DNA of 64,000 nucleotides from an uncultured Chloroflexia bacterium. Lineage in GTDB: Bacteria > Chloroflexota > Limnocylindria > Limnocylindrales > CSP1-4. This document shows, in pieces, positions 49,814-60,007 of this stretch. The stretch's first letter is position 1. Each line of letters starts with the position of its first letter. A program made the position numbers and the translations under genes. The notes under the pieces are model-generated. The model searched no databases, was not told the DNA's origin, and worked only from the letters and a program-made list of their open reading frames with translations. The stretch covers positions 66,050-130,049 of the forward strand of contig CAVXDU010000004.1 in the NCBI GenBank assembly GCA_963760625.1. The letters are read 5' to 3'.

Positions 49814-50275
49814 ATGGGCGAGACCATCGCCGTCAACCGAAAAGCCCGGCACGAGTACACCATCGAGGACACGCTCGAGGCCGGCCTCGTGCTGACCGGC
49901 ACGGAGATCAAGAGCATCCGCGCGGGCAAGGTGAACATCGGTGAGGCCCACGCCCGCGTGGAGCGCGGCGAGGCATGGCTGGTCGGCGCGCACATCGCGC
50001 CCTGGGACAGCGCCAGCCGCTTCAACCACGGCGTGCGGCGGGACCGGAAGCTGCTGCTGCACCGCATCCAGATCGACCAGCTGGTGGGCAAGATCAAGGC
50101 CAAGGGCCTGACCATCGTGCCCCTCCGGCTGTACATCGACGACCGCGGCCGGGCCAAGGTCGAGCTGGGCGTCGCCCGCGGCAAGCAGCTCCACGACAAG
50201 CGTCGGGACATCGCGGAGCGCGACGCCCGCCGGGACATGCAGCGCGAGCTGGCCAACGTCGGCCGCGGCCGGTAG
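49814..50275 (+). CDS. smpB: SsrA-binding protein SmpB; intact
   Basis: MGETIAVNRKARHEYTIEDTLEAGLVLTGTEIKSIRAGKVNIGEAHARV...LLLHRIQIDQLVGKIKAKGLTIVPLRLY. Confidence 0.95.
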   Translation: MGETIAVNRKARHEYTIEDTLEAGLVLTGTEIKSIRAGKVNIGEAHARVERGEAWLVGAHIAPWDSASRFNHGVRRDRKLLLHRIQIDQLVGKIKAKGLTIVPLRLYIDDRGRAKVELGVARGKQLHDKRRDIAERDARRDMQRELANVGRGR

Positions 50276-50323
50276 CCCGGCGACCCGCGACCGGCGTGGC
50301 CGAGCACCGGCGGCTCCGCGACC

Positions 50324-51275
50324 TCAGCCGCGTTCGATGAGCGGCTTGACCTCCCCGATCAGGCGCTCCAGCGTCTCCTGGTCCCAGGGCGCCGGCATCT
50401 CCACGAGCAGGTTGTGGAAGCCCAGCTCCACGTACGGCGCCAGTCGCTCGGCGATCTGCTCGGGCGTGCCGTTCCAGAAGGTGACGTCGTCCGCGACCCT
50501 CGCCATGGGCGTCTTGTTGCGCTCCATGGACGCCTTCCAGACACGATCGGCCTCGGCCTGCGAGTCGCGGATGGTGGGCTTGGCACCGAGCGTGAACTCG
50601 ATCTCCGAGATGTCCCGCCCGACCGCGTCGCAGTGCTGCTGGAGCACCTCCACCTTGTGGCGGAGCAGCTCCGATGGTGCCCATCGCGTTCCACATGTCG
50701 GCGTACTTCGCGATGGTCCGCAGCGTCTTCTTCTCGCCCGAGCCGCCGATCATGATGGGCATGTGCGCCTGGACCGGCATCGGCAGCTGGCGCAGCTCGT
50801 GGAAGCGGTAGTGGGCGTCCGGGGCGGACGTCACGGTGCCGCCGTCGAGCAGCACCCGGCAGGCGGCGACCGCCTCGTCCAGCCAGTCCAGCCGCTGGCC
50901 GAAACCCGTGCCGAAGTCGATGCCGTGCGCCGTGTGCTCGAACTCGAACCAGGCGCCGCCGATGCCCAGGACGGTCCGACCGTCACTCACGTGATCGACC
51001 GTGGTCGCCAGCTTGGCGGTCAGTCCCGGGTTGCGGAATGTGTTGGCACCCACCAGCAGCCCCAGCTGGACCCGCTCGGTGGCCATCGCCCACGCCGACA
51101 GCAGCGTCCAGCCCTCGAAGATGGGCTGGTGCGGGTCGCCGAAGATGGCGTGGATGTGGTCCCAGGTCCAGAGGCTGTCGTAGCCCAGGCGCTCGACCTC
51201 GCGCGCGCCGGCGAGCTGCTCCTGCATCGTCGCGCCCTGCGTCCAGAGCAGGACGCCCAGCTTCAGGTTCGTCAT
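50324..51275 (-). CDS. LLM-class (luciferase-like) flavin/F420-dependent oxidoreductase; one frame break about 50660
   Basis: MTNLKLGVLLWTQG, GYDSLWTWDHI, GWTLLSAWAMATERVQLGLLVGANTFRNPGL, GRTVLGIGGAW, MPIMIGGSGEKKTLRTIAKYADMWN. Confidence 0.8.
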
Positions 51276-51408
51276 CGGTCCTCCAGGTGTCGGTGTGTCG
51301 GCTCCGCATCGTCACGCGGGCTCGCGTCGGGCAGGGCCTGCCCATCGGACACGTCGACGTCCGATGACTATGCCACGGCAGGGCCGACAGGGCTCGGATG
51401 GGCGGTGC

Positions 51409-51414
51409 TAGACT
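51409..51414 (+). promoter_or_regulatory. Candidate -10 box (TAGACT) for ssrA
   Basis: TAGACT lies 11 nt upstream of the mature tmRNA 5' end. The -35 is weak (CGACAG, 18-nt spacer). Confidence 0.3.
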
Positions 51415-51425
51415 GGCCGACACGT

Positions 51426-51797
51426 GGGGATGCGTGGTCTCGACAGGGTCGGATCCCCGGAGAACGCGAGCCGAGGTTGTCGCTAGGCCTCGTTAATCAG
51501 GCGACAAAAAGAAGTAACTGGCAACCGCCAGCCTGCTCTCGCCCTCGCTGCTTAGGCAGTAAGGTGAGCGTGGAAGCAGCCTCATCCCCGTGGGCTGTGG
51601 AAGCGTCATTCAGCGGGGATGCGCTCCCGGTCAGCGTCACGTAGCGGGGAGCAAAGCCCGAAAGGGGACGTGACTGGAGCCCGCCGGACAGTGCCAGTGC
51701 CGGACGACGGGTTCGACGACAAATCACTGGACACGCTCGTAGTGGTCTCCGGCTGAAGGTCCTGGACGGGGAGTTCGACTCTCCCCCATCTCCACCA
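51426..51797 (+). ncRNA. ssrA: Transfer-messenger RNA (tmRNA), one-piece; predicted tag GNRQPALALAA
   Basis: 5' GGGGAUG pairs with 3' CAUCUCC-ACCA, including a G3:U wobble. T-arm GGGGAGTTCGACTCTCCCC. Tag ORF GGC AAC CGC CAG CCT GCT CTC GCC CTC GCT GCT TAG at 51520-51555, after A-rich AAAAAGAAGTAACT. smpB is 1.1 kb upstream. Confidence 0.9.
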
Positions 51798-51851
51798 TCA
51801 TTCCTGGTCGGGCGCCGTCCAGGTGACCGCGACACACTCAGGTCCGATTCA

Positions 51852-52583
51852 TCACGACTCGAGCTCCCACAGGGCGCGGTAGTAGCGGATCCGCTCCTCG
51901 TCCGGGGCGATGCCGTACGCCTCGAAGAACTCGGACTGATGCCCTTCCCCGAAGTTCCAGTCCAGGCTCAGCGAGGCGACAGCGAGATCTGCCCATCGAT
52001 CCCCGACCGCCAGATCGCCGAAGTCGACGTTGCCGGTCCAGCGGCCGTCCCGGGAGATGAGCGTGTTCGGGGCGCACGCGTCGCCATGGACGACGACTGG
52101 GTCATCGATGGGCGGACGGACACCCAGCGAAGGTGGTTGGCGCCCCACCCAGACCTGCGCCGTCCAGTCGGCCGGGAAGTCGTCGATGGGGATGGCGTGC
52201 ATCGCCTGCAGCCCCGTGGCGATGGCGGTGATGGCCTCCGGTCGTCGGGCGCGCCACTCGTCGCCGACGGCCATGACTCCCGGGACGGGTTCGGTGAGCA
52301 TCCACTGTGCGTCACCATCGCTGCCGTAGTCAACCACACGTGGTGCTGGATGCCGACCGGCGAGCCAAGCGAGTCGCACCCGCTCCATGTCCAGGTCGAC
52401 ACCCGTGGACCGTGGGTTCCACTTGAGGTAGCGATCCTGGACCCGAAACGTAAGGCCGTTCAGGTCGTTCCGCCACACGAGCTCCGGTGCGCGGTCGCCA
52501 GCCAACTCGTGAGCGAGCCTCGGCACTTCCAGTCCAGCGAGGGTCCGTTGGCGCGCGAGTCGAGCGGATCCGGCATCACTCAC
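51852..52583 (-). CDS. Aminoglycoside 3'-phosphotransferase-like kinase (APH(3') family); intact
   Basis: VVHGDACAPNTLISRDGRWTGNVDFGDLAVGDRWADLAVA...FFEAYGIAPDEERIRYYRALWELES parallels the APH(3')-II C-terminal half (HGDACLPN...DCGRLGVADRYQDIA...RIAFYRLLDEFF). GTG start assumed. Confidence 0.8.
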   Translation of the reverse strand: MSDAGSARLARQRTLAGLEVPRLAHELAGDRAPELVWRNDLNGLTFRVQDRYLKWNPRSTGVDLDMERVRLAWLAGRHPAPRVVDYGSDGDAQWMLTEPVPGVMAVGDEWRARRPEAITAIATGLQAMHAIPIDDFPADWTAQVWVGRQPPSLGVRPPIDDPVVVHGDACAPNTLISRDGRWTGNVDFGDLAVGDRWADLAVASLSLDWNFGEGHQSEFFEAYGIAPDEERIRYYRALWELES

Positions 52584-52629
52584 TGGGTCGATGCTGACAC
52601 AACCTGCATGGTCGGGTGACGACTCCGAC

Positions 52630-54170
52630 TCAGAACACGAACTCCCTCCCCGTCGGGCAGTAGCCAAGGCCGAGACGGTCGATGTCGTCTCCATCCCGGG
52701 CGACGATGTGGCCATCCGGGCCCAGGACGACGGCGGGGCCGCGACCAAAGCGGACCAGGTAGCCGTCGGGCCACGTCGCTGGATAGCGGCGACCACCCAA
52801 CTCGACCCATACCTGGCGCTTGCGATGGCGGTCCATGCGCAGGACTGGTGTCCCCTCGATCCCGACCCCACCGCAGTCCCCGTAGCCCGCTCGATATCGG
52901 CCGGGGAGCCGATATGTGCCGGGCGGCAGGGTCGGGGTGAACTCCCACCCCGAAGCGGAAGCCGCTCCAGCCCCGGTCCGACCGCCCCAGACGTACAGCC
53001 TGCCGTACGCCCAGGCCGCCGATACGCCCGCACGGGGCCCGCCCGGTAGTGTCGGCATCCGGAGCCACTGGTCGGTGACCGTGTCGTATGCGAGCAGGGC
53101 GTCGGCGACGATCGAGGTGCCGCGGGCCCCACACGATCATCCCGCCCGTGACCGCCTCAACGGGAGGCTGCCCGAGGGTCCGCCAGACCCCATCCCCGAA
53201 GGCTGACGTCGACAGTGCTGCGGTAACGCCATCGCGATCGCGGATTCAGGCCATCCAGGGCAGGTCGACCGCAGGACATCCCTGCGCTGCCGGCAGACCC
53301 ACCCTGACCGGATCGCTCCATGAGCCGAGCCAGAAGCCCGTGAACCAACTGCCCACCGCGGTGCCGTCCGACTGATAGCTGAGGAGGAGCAGCGCGTCGC
53401 GTGCGGACGCCACCTCGTAGCCGATCCCGGGCGGGACGGGCGGCACCGGGAAGTCGCCGTGCGCTCGCTTGTCGGGCGAGGACGGGTCGTCCCACTGGAG
53501 GGTGTCGCCCGGACCGCTGTCCAGCACGGCCAACCTGGGCGGGTCCCCTGCAGCCACCCCGGGTGTGACGGCGAATGTGGCGTTGATGTCGCCCGAAAGC
53601 GAGGCGGGGCCGGGTGTCAGCGGCGCGGTGGGCAGACTCTCCCACGACTCATTCCGCCTCCCTACCACCAGTCGCGCGCCGTCGGCCAAGGGCTGGCCGG
53701 TCGCATCGACGCCGCCCCAGATGGTGATCCCACGGTCGTCAGAGTCGAAGCCGAAGCGCTCGCGAGCCACGAGGCCGGACGGCGGCAGCATGACCCAAGT
53801 GTGTTCCTTGATGTCGTAGACCGCGCCGTCGTTCAGGAGTGTCCCTCGTGCGTCACGCCCGCCCAGACATACAACCGCCCCGCCCAGACCGCAAGGTCGG
53901 TGGCGGCCGACGACCGAGCCGCGATCGGCGCTTCCGGCATCCGCTTCCATGTTCCCTGCCAGTCGCCGACAGGTTGTGCCACGGGCGCGGGGCGCATCCT
54001 GGCAGCCGGAAACGATGGCACGGGGTCATTGGCATGGGGATCCTGGGTAGGTCCTGGAGCGGGACACGCGACCACGGATGTCGGCGGTGGCGGCAGCGGT
54101 GTCTGCGCGATCGATGACCCAGCCACGAGGGACCCGCTGACGGCGAGGGTCAGGGTCAGGGATCACGCAC
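52630..54170 (-). CDS. Secreted Kelch-like beta-propeller repeat protein; many frame breaks
   Basis: Signal-like LTLTLAVSGSLVAGSSIAQT. Recurrent hydrophobic-GG blades: LAVWAGRLYVWAG, GAVVCLGGRD...DGAVYDIKEHTWVMLP, GITIWGGVDA, GGMIVWG, AWAYGRLYVWGGRTG. Confidence 0.5.
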
Positions 54171-54300
54171 GCTACGTATCACATCCGGACTCCCGGGTTC
54201 GGGTGATGCCTTGTCACCGCCTACCGGATGACGCGCCGCGGCCTGTCCCGTTACGCACGGCCCGTTCCCTGGGGCCCGTTCGACAAGGTCGACCTGCGCA

Positions 54301-55590
54301 TCAGATGTCGGGTAACAGCTGCTCCAGTGCCAGTGACAGCATCCCCGCGTAGCGCTTGGTCAGGTGTCCTCCGTCACGCGTCACGAGCACGTCGTCCACG
54401 ATCAAGGGGCAGGGGTCGTAGGTGCATGTGATCTGCCGGGTCGCACGGAAGAGTACGCCGGCCTGCGCGGCTGCGGCGCGACCGATGCGGTCGCGGGCCA
54501 GGCCCCGCCGACCGCGCCTGCCCTCACGTCGGCGTTCACAGGCCGCCACGTCGTTGCGGTGACCCTTGAGGCAATCGATGGCCTCCATGCCCCACTCGAA
54601 GGCGTCTCCCAGCAGCACGACCAACGTTGCACCTGTTCGAAGGGCCCTCAGGCTGCGTACGAGCCCAGCCCGCCACAGGTCCGGGTCATAGGTCGGCATC
54701 CGTGTCCTGGGGTCACGCAGGAGGTAGCTGTCCATGGTCGAGGCGATGACCAGGTCGGGCCTGATCCGCCGGATGGCGGCGAACGCCCGTCGCCGCCATG
54801 TGCCGCACTCAAGATTGACCCTGCCCTTGTAGTAGTTGGTGACGTCCGCGACCGGGCAGCTCGACTTGGTCATCGTGATGAGCTTCCAGCCGTTCCGCTC
54901 AGCGACACCGCGCAGAGCGTTGAACCAGTGGACTGCGTGCGAATCTCCGATGAGCAGCACGGTCCTGCGACCGGGCGCAGTGCCAAACGTGAACGTACAC
55001 CGTATCGGGGCTGTCTCGCCTGGCCGCGAGTGGCACTCCTGGTTCCCTATCCAGGACATGTCCTTTCCAGCCTGTCCCAGCGATGGGCGCAGGTCGCGCG
55101 GCACGGACCAGTCATCCTGCTCCAGCCCGTTGCCGAGCCCATCATGGTCCGAGTCCTCGTGCCAATCGCTCCTGCCATCGCCGTCGGAATCCCGATCTGC
55201 CGGATCGGTCCCGTATCGTTGCTCGCCGAGGGATGAGACCCCATCCCCATCCCCGTCCTCGATGCTGTCGCGGATGCCGTCCGAGTCCGAGTCCGGGCTC
55301 GATGGGTCTGTCTGTGACCGATGCAGCTCATACCAGTTCGTCAACCGGTCGTCGTCGGCGTCCTCCGCGCCGTCCCTGGTGCCGTCGTGATCCGTGTCGA
55401 CCTGGGTCGGATCCAGGCCAAGCAGCACCTCCGATCCGTCGGCGAGACCATCGCCGTCCGTGTCGGCCGCGGCGGCGAGGCCGGTCTGCGGACCGGGTAT
55501 GACGATATCTGCGGCCGAGGAAGGTGCCACCGGACCTGCAAGGGTCCACAGCAGGAGGAGGACCAACAGACGATACGGACGGGTCGACAT
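54301..55590 (-). CDS. Secreted protein: thrombospondin-type-3 Ca-binding repeats + C-terminal SGNH/GDSL hydrolase domain; intact 429 aa
   Basis: Signal peptide MSTRPYRLLVLLLLWTLAGPVAPSSA. Repeats DTDGDGLADGSE, DTDHDGTRDGAED, DSDSDGIRDSIEDGDGDG, DRDSDGDGRSDWHEDSDHDG. SGNH block I VLLIGDSHAVHW. Confidence 0.65.
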   Translation of the reverse strand: MSTRPYRLLVLLLLWTLAGPVAPSSAADIVIPGPQTGLAAAADTDGDGLADGSEVLLGLDPTQVDTDHDGTRDGAEDADDDRLTNWYELHRSQTDPSSPDSDSDGIRDSIEDGDGDGVSSLGEQRYGTDPADRDSDGDGRSDWHEDSDHDGLGNGLEQDDWSVPRDLRPSLGQAGKDMSWIGNQECHSRPGETAPIRCTFTFGTAPGRRTVLLIGDSHAVHWFNALRGVAERNGWKLITMTKSSCPVADVTNYYKGRVNLECGTWRRRAFAAIRRIRPDLVIASTMDSYLLRDPRTRMPTYDPDLWRAGLVRSLRALRTGATLVVLLGDAFEWGMEAIDCLKGHRNDVAACERRREGRRGRRGLARDRIGRAAAAQAGVLFRATRQITCTYDPCPLIVDDVLVTRDGGHLTKRYAGMLSLALEQLLPDI

Positions 55591-55711
55591 CGACTCCTCG
55601 GGACCAGGCTCGAGACACCGAGACTAGCACCCGGCGCCGGTGTCGCGAAACCCACCGAACGTCCGGGTCGGAGCACGGAACCGCAGTGTCCCCCCGAGCG
55701 TCCGAGACGGG

Positions 55712-56565
55712 ATGAAGACATATGCCTCCCCCCGACCTCGTGCTGCCCTGCTCGCCTTGACCCTGCTTGGCCTCGTGGCCCTGCCTGGTACCGTGGGCGC
55801 CGCCTCCCCGGCGCCCACCTCCCCTGCGGCAGCTCCGGACGGCGAGCGAATCCTGCTCCAGATGGACGACTGCCCGCGGCTTCGGCCTCAGACCGTCCCC
55901 AGCTCGCGATGCCGACCTTCACGTTGTACGGAGACGGCCGCGCGATCTATCGACCTGCCAGGGCGACGCCTTCGTACGAGCCGCCGCCACTTCGCAGGCG
56001 CAGTTCTCCCAGGCGCAGGTCGACGACCTCATCGGATACGCCCTTGGTCCGGGCGGTCTCGCCGCGGCGGACGAGACGTATGACGACCGGTTCGTGACGG
56101 ACCAGTCGACGACCTCGTTCCTTGTCGACGCTACGGCGTGGACCAAGACGGTCTCGGTGTACGCACTGGGCTTCCCGGCGCCAGAACCGCGCCGTTACGA
56201 GGACGGACCTGGCCCGGCTGGCTCGACTGTCGGACACGCTCTCGGATTTCGACGCCCAGGTGGCGGCGGGTGGCGCGACCGCGAGTGGCGATCTACGAGC
56301 CGACCCAGCTACCTCGCTACGTCAATGTCCGTATCTCCGGAGAACGACGCCGACCGCCGGCCTGGCCGGTGACGGACGTCACGCTCGTGGTGCCCGCGGA
56401 GCATGTCCACGACCACGGTCGTGCTGACGCCCGGACCAGGTCGCCCAGGTCACGACGGTGCCGAGCGGCGGGGTCGGCGACCTCATCTATGAGACTCCGG
56501 ACGGCGGTCGCGTCAGCGTCACGATCCGGCCGATGCTGCCGAGCGAGGTCATCCCGGAGAGCTGA
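55712..56565 (+). CDS. Secreted hypothetical protein; several frame breaks
   Basis: Signal peptide MKTYASPRPRAALLALTLLGLVALPGTVGAASPA. Then PTFTLYGDGRAIYRPA, QVDDLIGYALGPGGLAAADETYDDRFVTDQSTTSFLVDA..TKTVSVYALG, end IRPMLPSEVIPES. No family recognised. Confidence 0.4.
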
Positions 56566-56603
56566 GCCGCTCCGCCACCGGGTCGGGCACGCTCGACCCG
56601 GGG

Positions 56604-58346
56604 TCATCCGCGCGCCTCAGGCGCGCGGAGGTAGGGCACGTAGTCCGGCCACCACATGGCCGCGCTCGACCGCTGACCCGGCATCGAACGGCTGCCGCCG
56701 TCCGGTCGGCTGCCGCAGACAGGCCGCTCGCGACGGCTTCCTGCGGCCACCACGATCGGCGATCCGTCGTGAGATCTCCCGCAGGTCGGTGACGAGCGGA
56801 TAGAGCGCGCCCGCCGCGAGACGCTCGTCGCTCACGCGCCGCGGCGAGCTCGCGTGCCGCGAGCAGGAACATCCGGTCGGTGATGGCGCGCGACTCGGTC
56901 ACGATGGCGCCCAGGCCGAGACCCGGGAAGATGAACACGTTGTTGGCCTGACCGACCTGATGCCGGCGGCCGCGCATGCTCGACGGCGGCGAACGGCGAG
57001 CCGGTGGCCACCAGGGCACGTCCGTCGGTCCAGGCGATGACATCGGCCGGGTCGGCCTCCGAGACGGAGGTCGGGTTCGAGAGTGGCAGGACGATGGGCC
57101 GCTCGTCAGGCCGGCAGGCCGTCGATCATCGCCCGGATGAGCCGCCTCGTCGAACGTGGCCGCGACCCCCGTCGCACCCACCAGGATCGTTCGGGTCGCC
57201 GGTCGCGGACCACGGACAGCGAGGTCGCCGGGCCGCAGCCGCGGCCAGTGCCGGCACCGCGAGGTCGAGCTTCGCGGCATCGAGGTCCGTCGCGTCCCTC
57301 GTGGACCAGTCCGTCGCGTGTCGACGAGCGCGATGCGATCGCGGATGGCGGCCTCGCCCAGGCCATCGGCGCGCATCGCCATGCGCAGCAGCCGGGCGAC
57401 GCCGATGCCCGCGGCGCCCGCGCCCACGATCACGACGCGCGCGTGCTCCAGTGTCCGCCCGGCGGCACGCAACCCCGCGAGCACGCCCCCGAGGACGACC
57501 GCGGCCGTGCCCTGGATGTCGTCGTTGAAGGACGGCACGCGGTCGCTGGTAGCGGTCGAGGATGCGCAGCGCGTTGTGCTGCTTGAAGTCCTCGAACTGG
57601 ATGAGACAGCCCGGCCAGACTTCCTCCACGCCGGCGACGAACGCCTCGACCAGCTCGTCGTACGCCGGGCCTCGCAGGCGGGGGTGCCGGTAGCCCAGGT
57701 ACAGCGGATCGGCCAGCAGCAACGGGTTGTCGGTGCCCACATCGAGCGATACGGGCAGCGTCAGGCTGGGATGGATGCCGCAGGCCGCGGTGTACAGCGC
57801 GAGCTTGCCGATGGGGATGGCCATGCCGCCCGCACCCTGGTCGCCGAGGCCCAGGATGCGCTCGTTGTCCGTGACCACGATGAGGCGCACGTCGCTGAAG
57901 GGGCCCTGACGCAGCACACGCGGGATGCGGTCGACGTCGTCGGGGGTGATCCAGGTGCCACGGGTGCGCCGGATGATGTGGCTGTACTCCTGGCACGCGC
58001 GGCCCACGGTCGGCGTGTAGACGATGGGCAGGAACTCCGCGAGGTGCTCCGCGAGCAGTCGGTAGAACAGGGTCGCATTGCGATCCTGGAGCGCCGCCAG
58101 CCCGATGTAGCGTTCGAGCGGGTCGTCCTTCACCCGCAGGTGCTCGAGCTCCAGCTCCACCTGCTCGCCGATGGTCAGCACCCGGTCCGGCAGCAGGCCC
58201 AGCAGGTCGAACGCCTCCCGCTCGTCCACCGGGAAGGCGAGGTCCTTGGTCAGCAACCGATTGCCGAGCAGGGCCGGTCCGCTCAGCCCGATGAGCGCAG
58301 GGCGACCCGCGGCGATGTCCTCGAACGGGTCCGGCAGCGGCCGCAT
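56604..58346 (-). CDS. NAD(P)-dependent malic enzyme (large, MaeA/SfcA type); several frame breaks; possible N-terminal extension to 58473
   Basis: [124 protein letters not shown], end MWWPDYVPY. Confidence 0.85.
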
Positions 58347-58421
58347 ATGTCTGATCCAGGCGGAGGTTCTGCTGGCGGAGCGCGGCGTGGTATCCCGCGG
58401 TTTCGGCCGCGGCCGCCCTTC

Positions 58422-58916
58422 CTACTTCGCGGCTTTTGAGGTCGTGGGCGGCTCGGATCTCTGCTTCGCCCATGGTCCTCGGCTGTTCCGCCGACTCGCG
58501 AGGCTGGCGCTCAGCACCATGACCGGCACAAGAGCCAGGAGCACCAGGCCTCTTGGCGCACGTGCCAGCAGCAGGCCCAGTGCGAGGCCCGCCGAGGAGC
58601 CGATGCCCAGCTTCAGGTCCTCGGAGGACGCGCCACGGACCTCGCGAGCCGCGATGCCGACCGTGCTCCGGGAGACCTCGATGACCGCTGGCGCCTTCGC
58701 CGAGACGGTCGACCCGACGTTGCTCGCAACATCGGTCAGGACCGCTCCCGCCCGCATGGCTGCACTGCCTGCGCGCCCGGCGGCATCAGCGGCAGCCTGT
58801 GAGATGCCATCGGCCGACGATGGCACCTCCGCCTCGGCAGGGAGATCCATTTCGACTGCGGGTGGCACCTCAAGGACGGGGGACCCGTCGGCTGATGGGG
58901 ATCCAGTGCTTGCCAT
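58422..58916 (-). CDS. Hypothetical membrane-anchored protein
   Basis: 164-aa ORF with one C-terminal hydrophobic stretch (LGIGSSAGLALGLLLA...LVLLALVPVMVL). No family recognised. Coding status supported only by length and position. Confidence 0.3.
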   Translation of the reverse strand: MASTGSPSADGSPVLEVPPAVEMDLPAEAEVPSSADGISQAAADAAGRAGSAAMRAGAVLTDVASNVGSTVSAKAPAVIEVSRSTVGIAAREVRGASSEDLKLGIGSSAGLALGLLLARAPRGLVLLALVPVMVLSASLASRRNSRGPWAKQRSEPPTTSKAAK

Positions 58917-58962
58917 GGTTCGGACTCCTTGCTGGTGGGGACCGTCTTTCTACGCAGGTGCG

Positions 58963-60007
58963 CTAGTCCGCGGCGCGCAGGATGACCACGCGCCGCATCG
59001 GCTCGTCGCCGATGGACTGGGTGGACACGCCCGGCACGTCCCGCAGGGCGAGATGGATCCAGCGTCGCTCGAGCGCCGGCATCGGCTCCAGCTGGAGCAT
59101 CGTGCCGCTCTCCAGGACCTTGTCCGCGGCACGCCGCGCGATCTCGCCCAGCTGCCGCTCGCGGCGGCCGCGATAGTCCTCGACGTCCACCAGCACGCGC
59201 GTCCAGGCGCCCATGCGACGGGACAGCATCAGGTTGACCAGGTGCTGCAGCGCCGACAGGCGCTCACCCTTGCGGCCGATGAGGGCACCGAGGGCCTCTC
59301 GCTCCTCGTCGTCGACGCCGCTGACGTCGATCTTGGACGTGTCACCGGTGCCGATGGACACGGTCGCCCGGTAGCCCATCAGGCCGACGAGCTGCTCCAC
59401 GATGTCCTTGCCTGCGGCAAGCGCCTCGGGGGAGGCCTCCGCGGCCTGGATCTCCTCGCGCTCGGTGGTCAGCGAGGCACGCGCAGAGGCGACCTCGGCG
59501 GCCTCGCGCTGGGACAGGCCGGAGCCCTTGCGATCATCGCGCGGCCCGCGGTCGCGGTGACCGCCCGTCGCGCGGTCGGCGGTCGTCGCGCGGTGGCCGG
59601 TCGGGGCGCGGGCCGCGCAAGCGGCACCGACGTGTTGGAGCCGGCCTGCGGCACGGTGCGGCATCGACGGGCGCCGCAGGCGGGCGCTCGTCGCCGCGGC
59701 GGCCGGGTCGCTGCGTGGCGGCTGGCGGCGGTCGCGGTGCCGCCGGCCGGGGAGCCGATGGTGGCGGGGGTGGCGGGTGGCTGGCGACGGCGACCGTGTC
59801 CCGCCGTGGCGGGCGCGCCGCCGAGCGCCGGCGCGCGGTGCCGCGATGATCCGGGCGGGCTCGGCACCCATGCCCAGCACGCCCCGGCTGCCGGGGGTCA
59901 GGATCTCGAAGTCGAGATCGTCGAGGCCGCTCGACCCCGAATGACTCGCGGGCGGACCGGATGGCCTCCTCGACCGTCCGTCCGGTGAACTCCTGGTACT
60001 CGCTCAT
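58963..60007 (-). CDS. jag: Jag/KhpB (EloR) RNA-binding protein: Jag_N + KH + R3H; frame breaks in a Pro/Arg-rich linker
   Basis: MSEYQEFTGRTVEEAIRSARESFGV, KDIVEQLVGLMGY, LIGRKGERLSALQHLVNLML, VLVDVEDYRGRRE, R3H-like LEPMPALERRWIHLAL...TQSIGDEPMRRVVI. Confidence 0.85.

Noticed and set aside
51497-51835. 112-aa minus-strand ORF
   Set aside because: It lies wholly inside the tmRNA gene on the opposite strand, so it is spurious.
51798-56600. tmRNA-targeted genomic island
   Set aside because: No integrase, excisionase or phage genes are present. I could not find a direct repeat of the tmRNA 3' end downstream, and composition looks like the rest of the window. It is kept only as an accessory-looking patch.
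56608-56628. Perfect 9-bp GC hairpin CCGCGCGCC-TCA-GGCGCGCGG between convergent genes
   Set aside because: It lies inside the last codons of the malic enzyme gene (encoding RAPEAR) and lacks a U-tract. It may help termination, but it is not separable from the coding sequence.
58171-59988. 605-aa ORF on the plus strand
   Set aside because: It is antisense to the malic enzyme N-terminus, the hypothetical membrane protein and jag. It has Ala/Arg/Gly-rich low complexity and no recognisable domain. A GC-rich antisense artefact.
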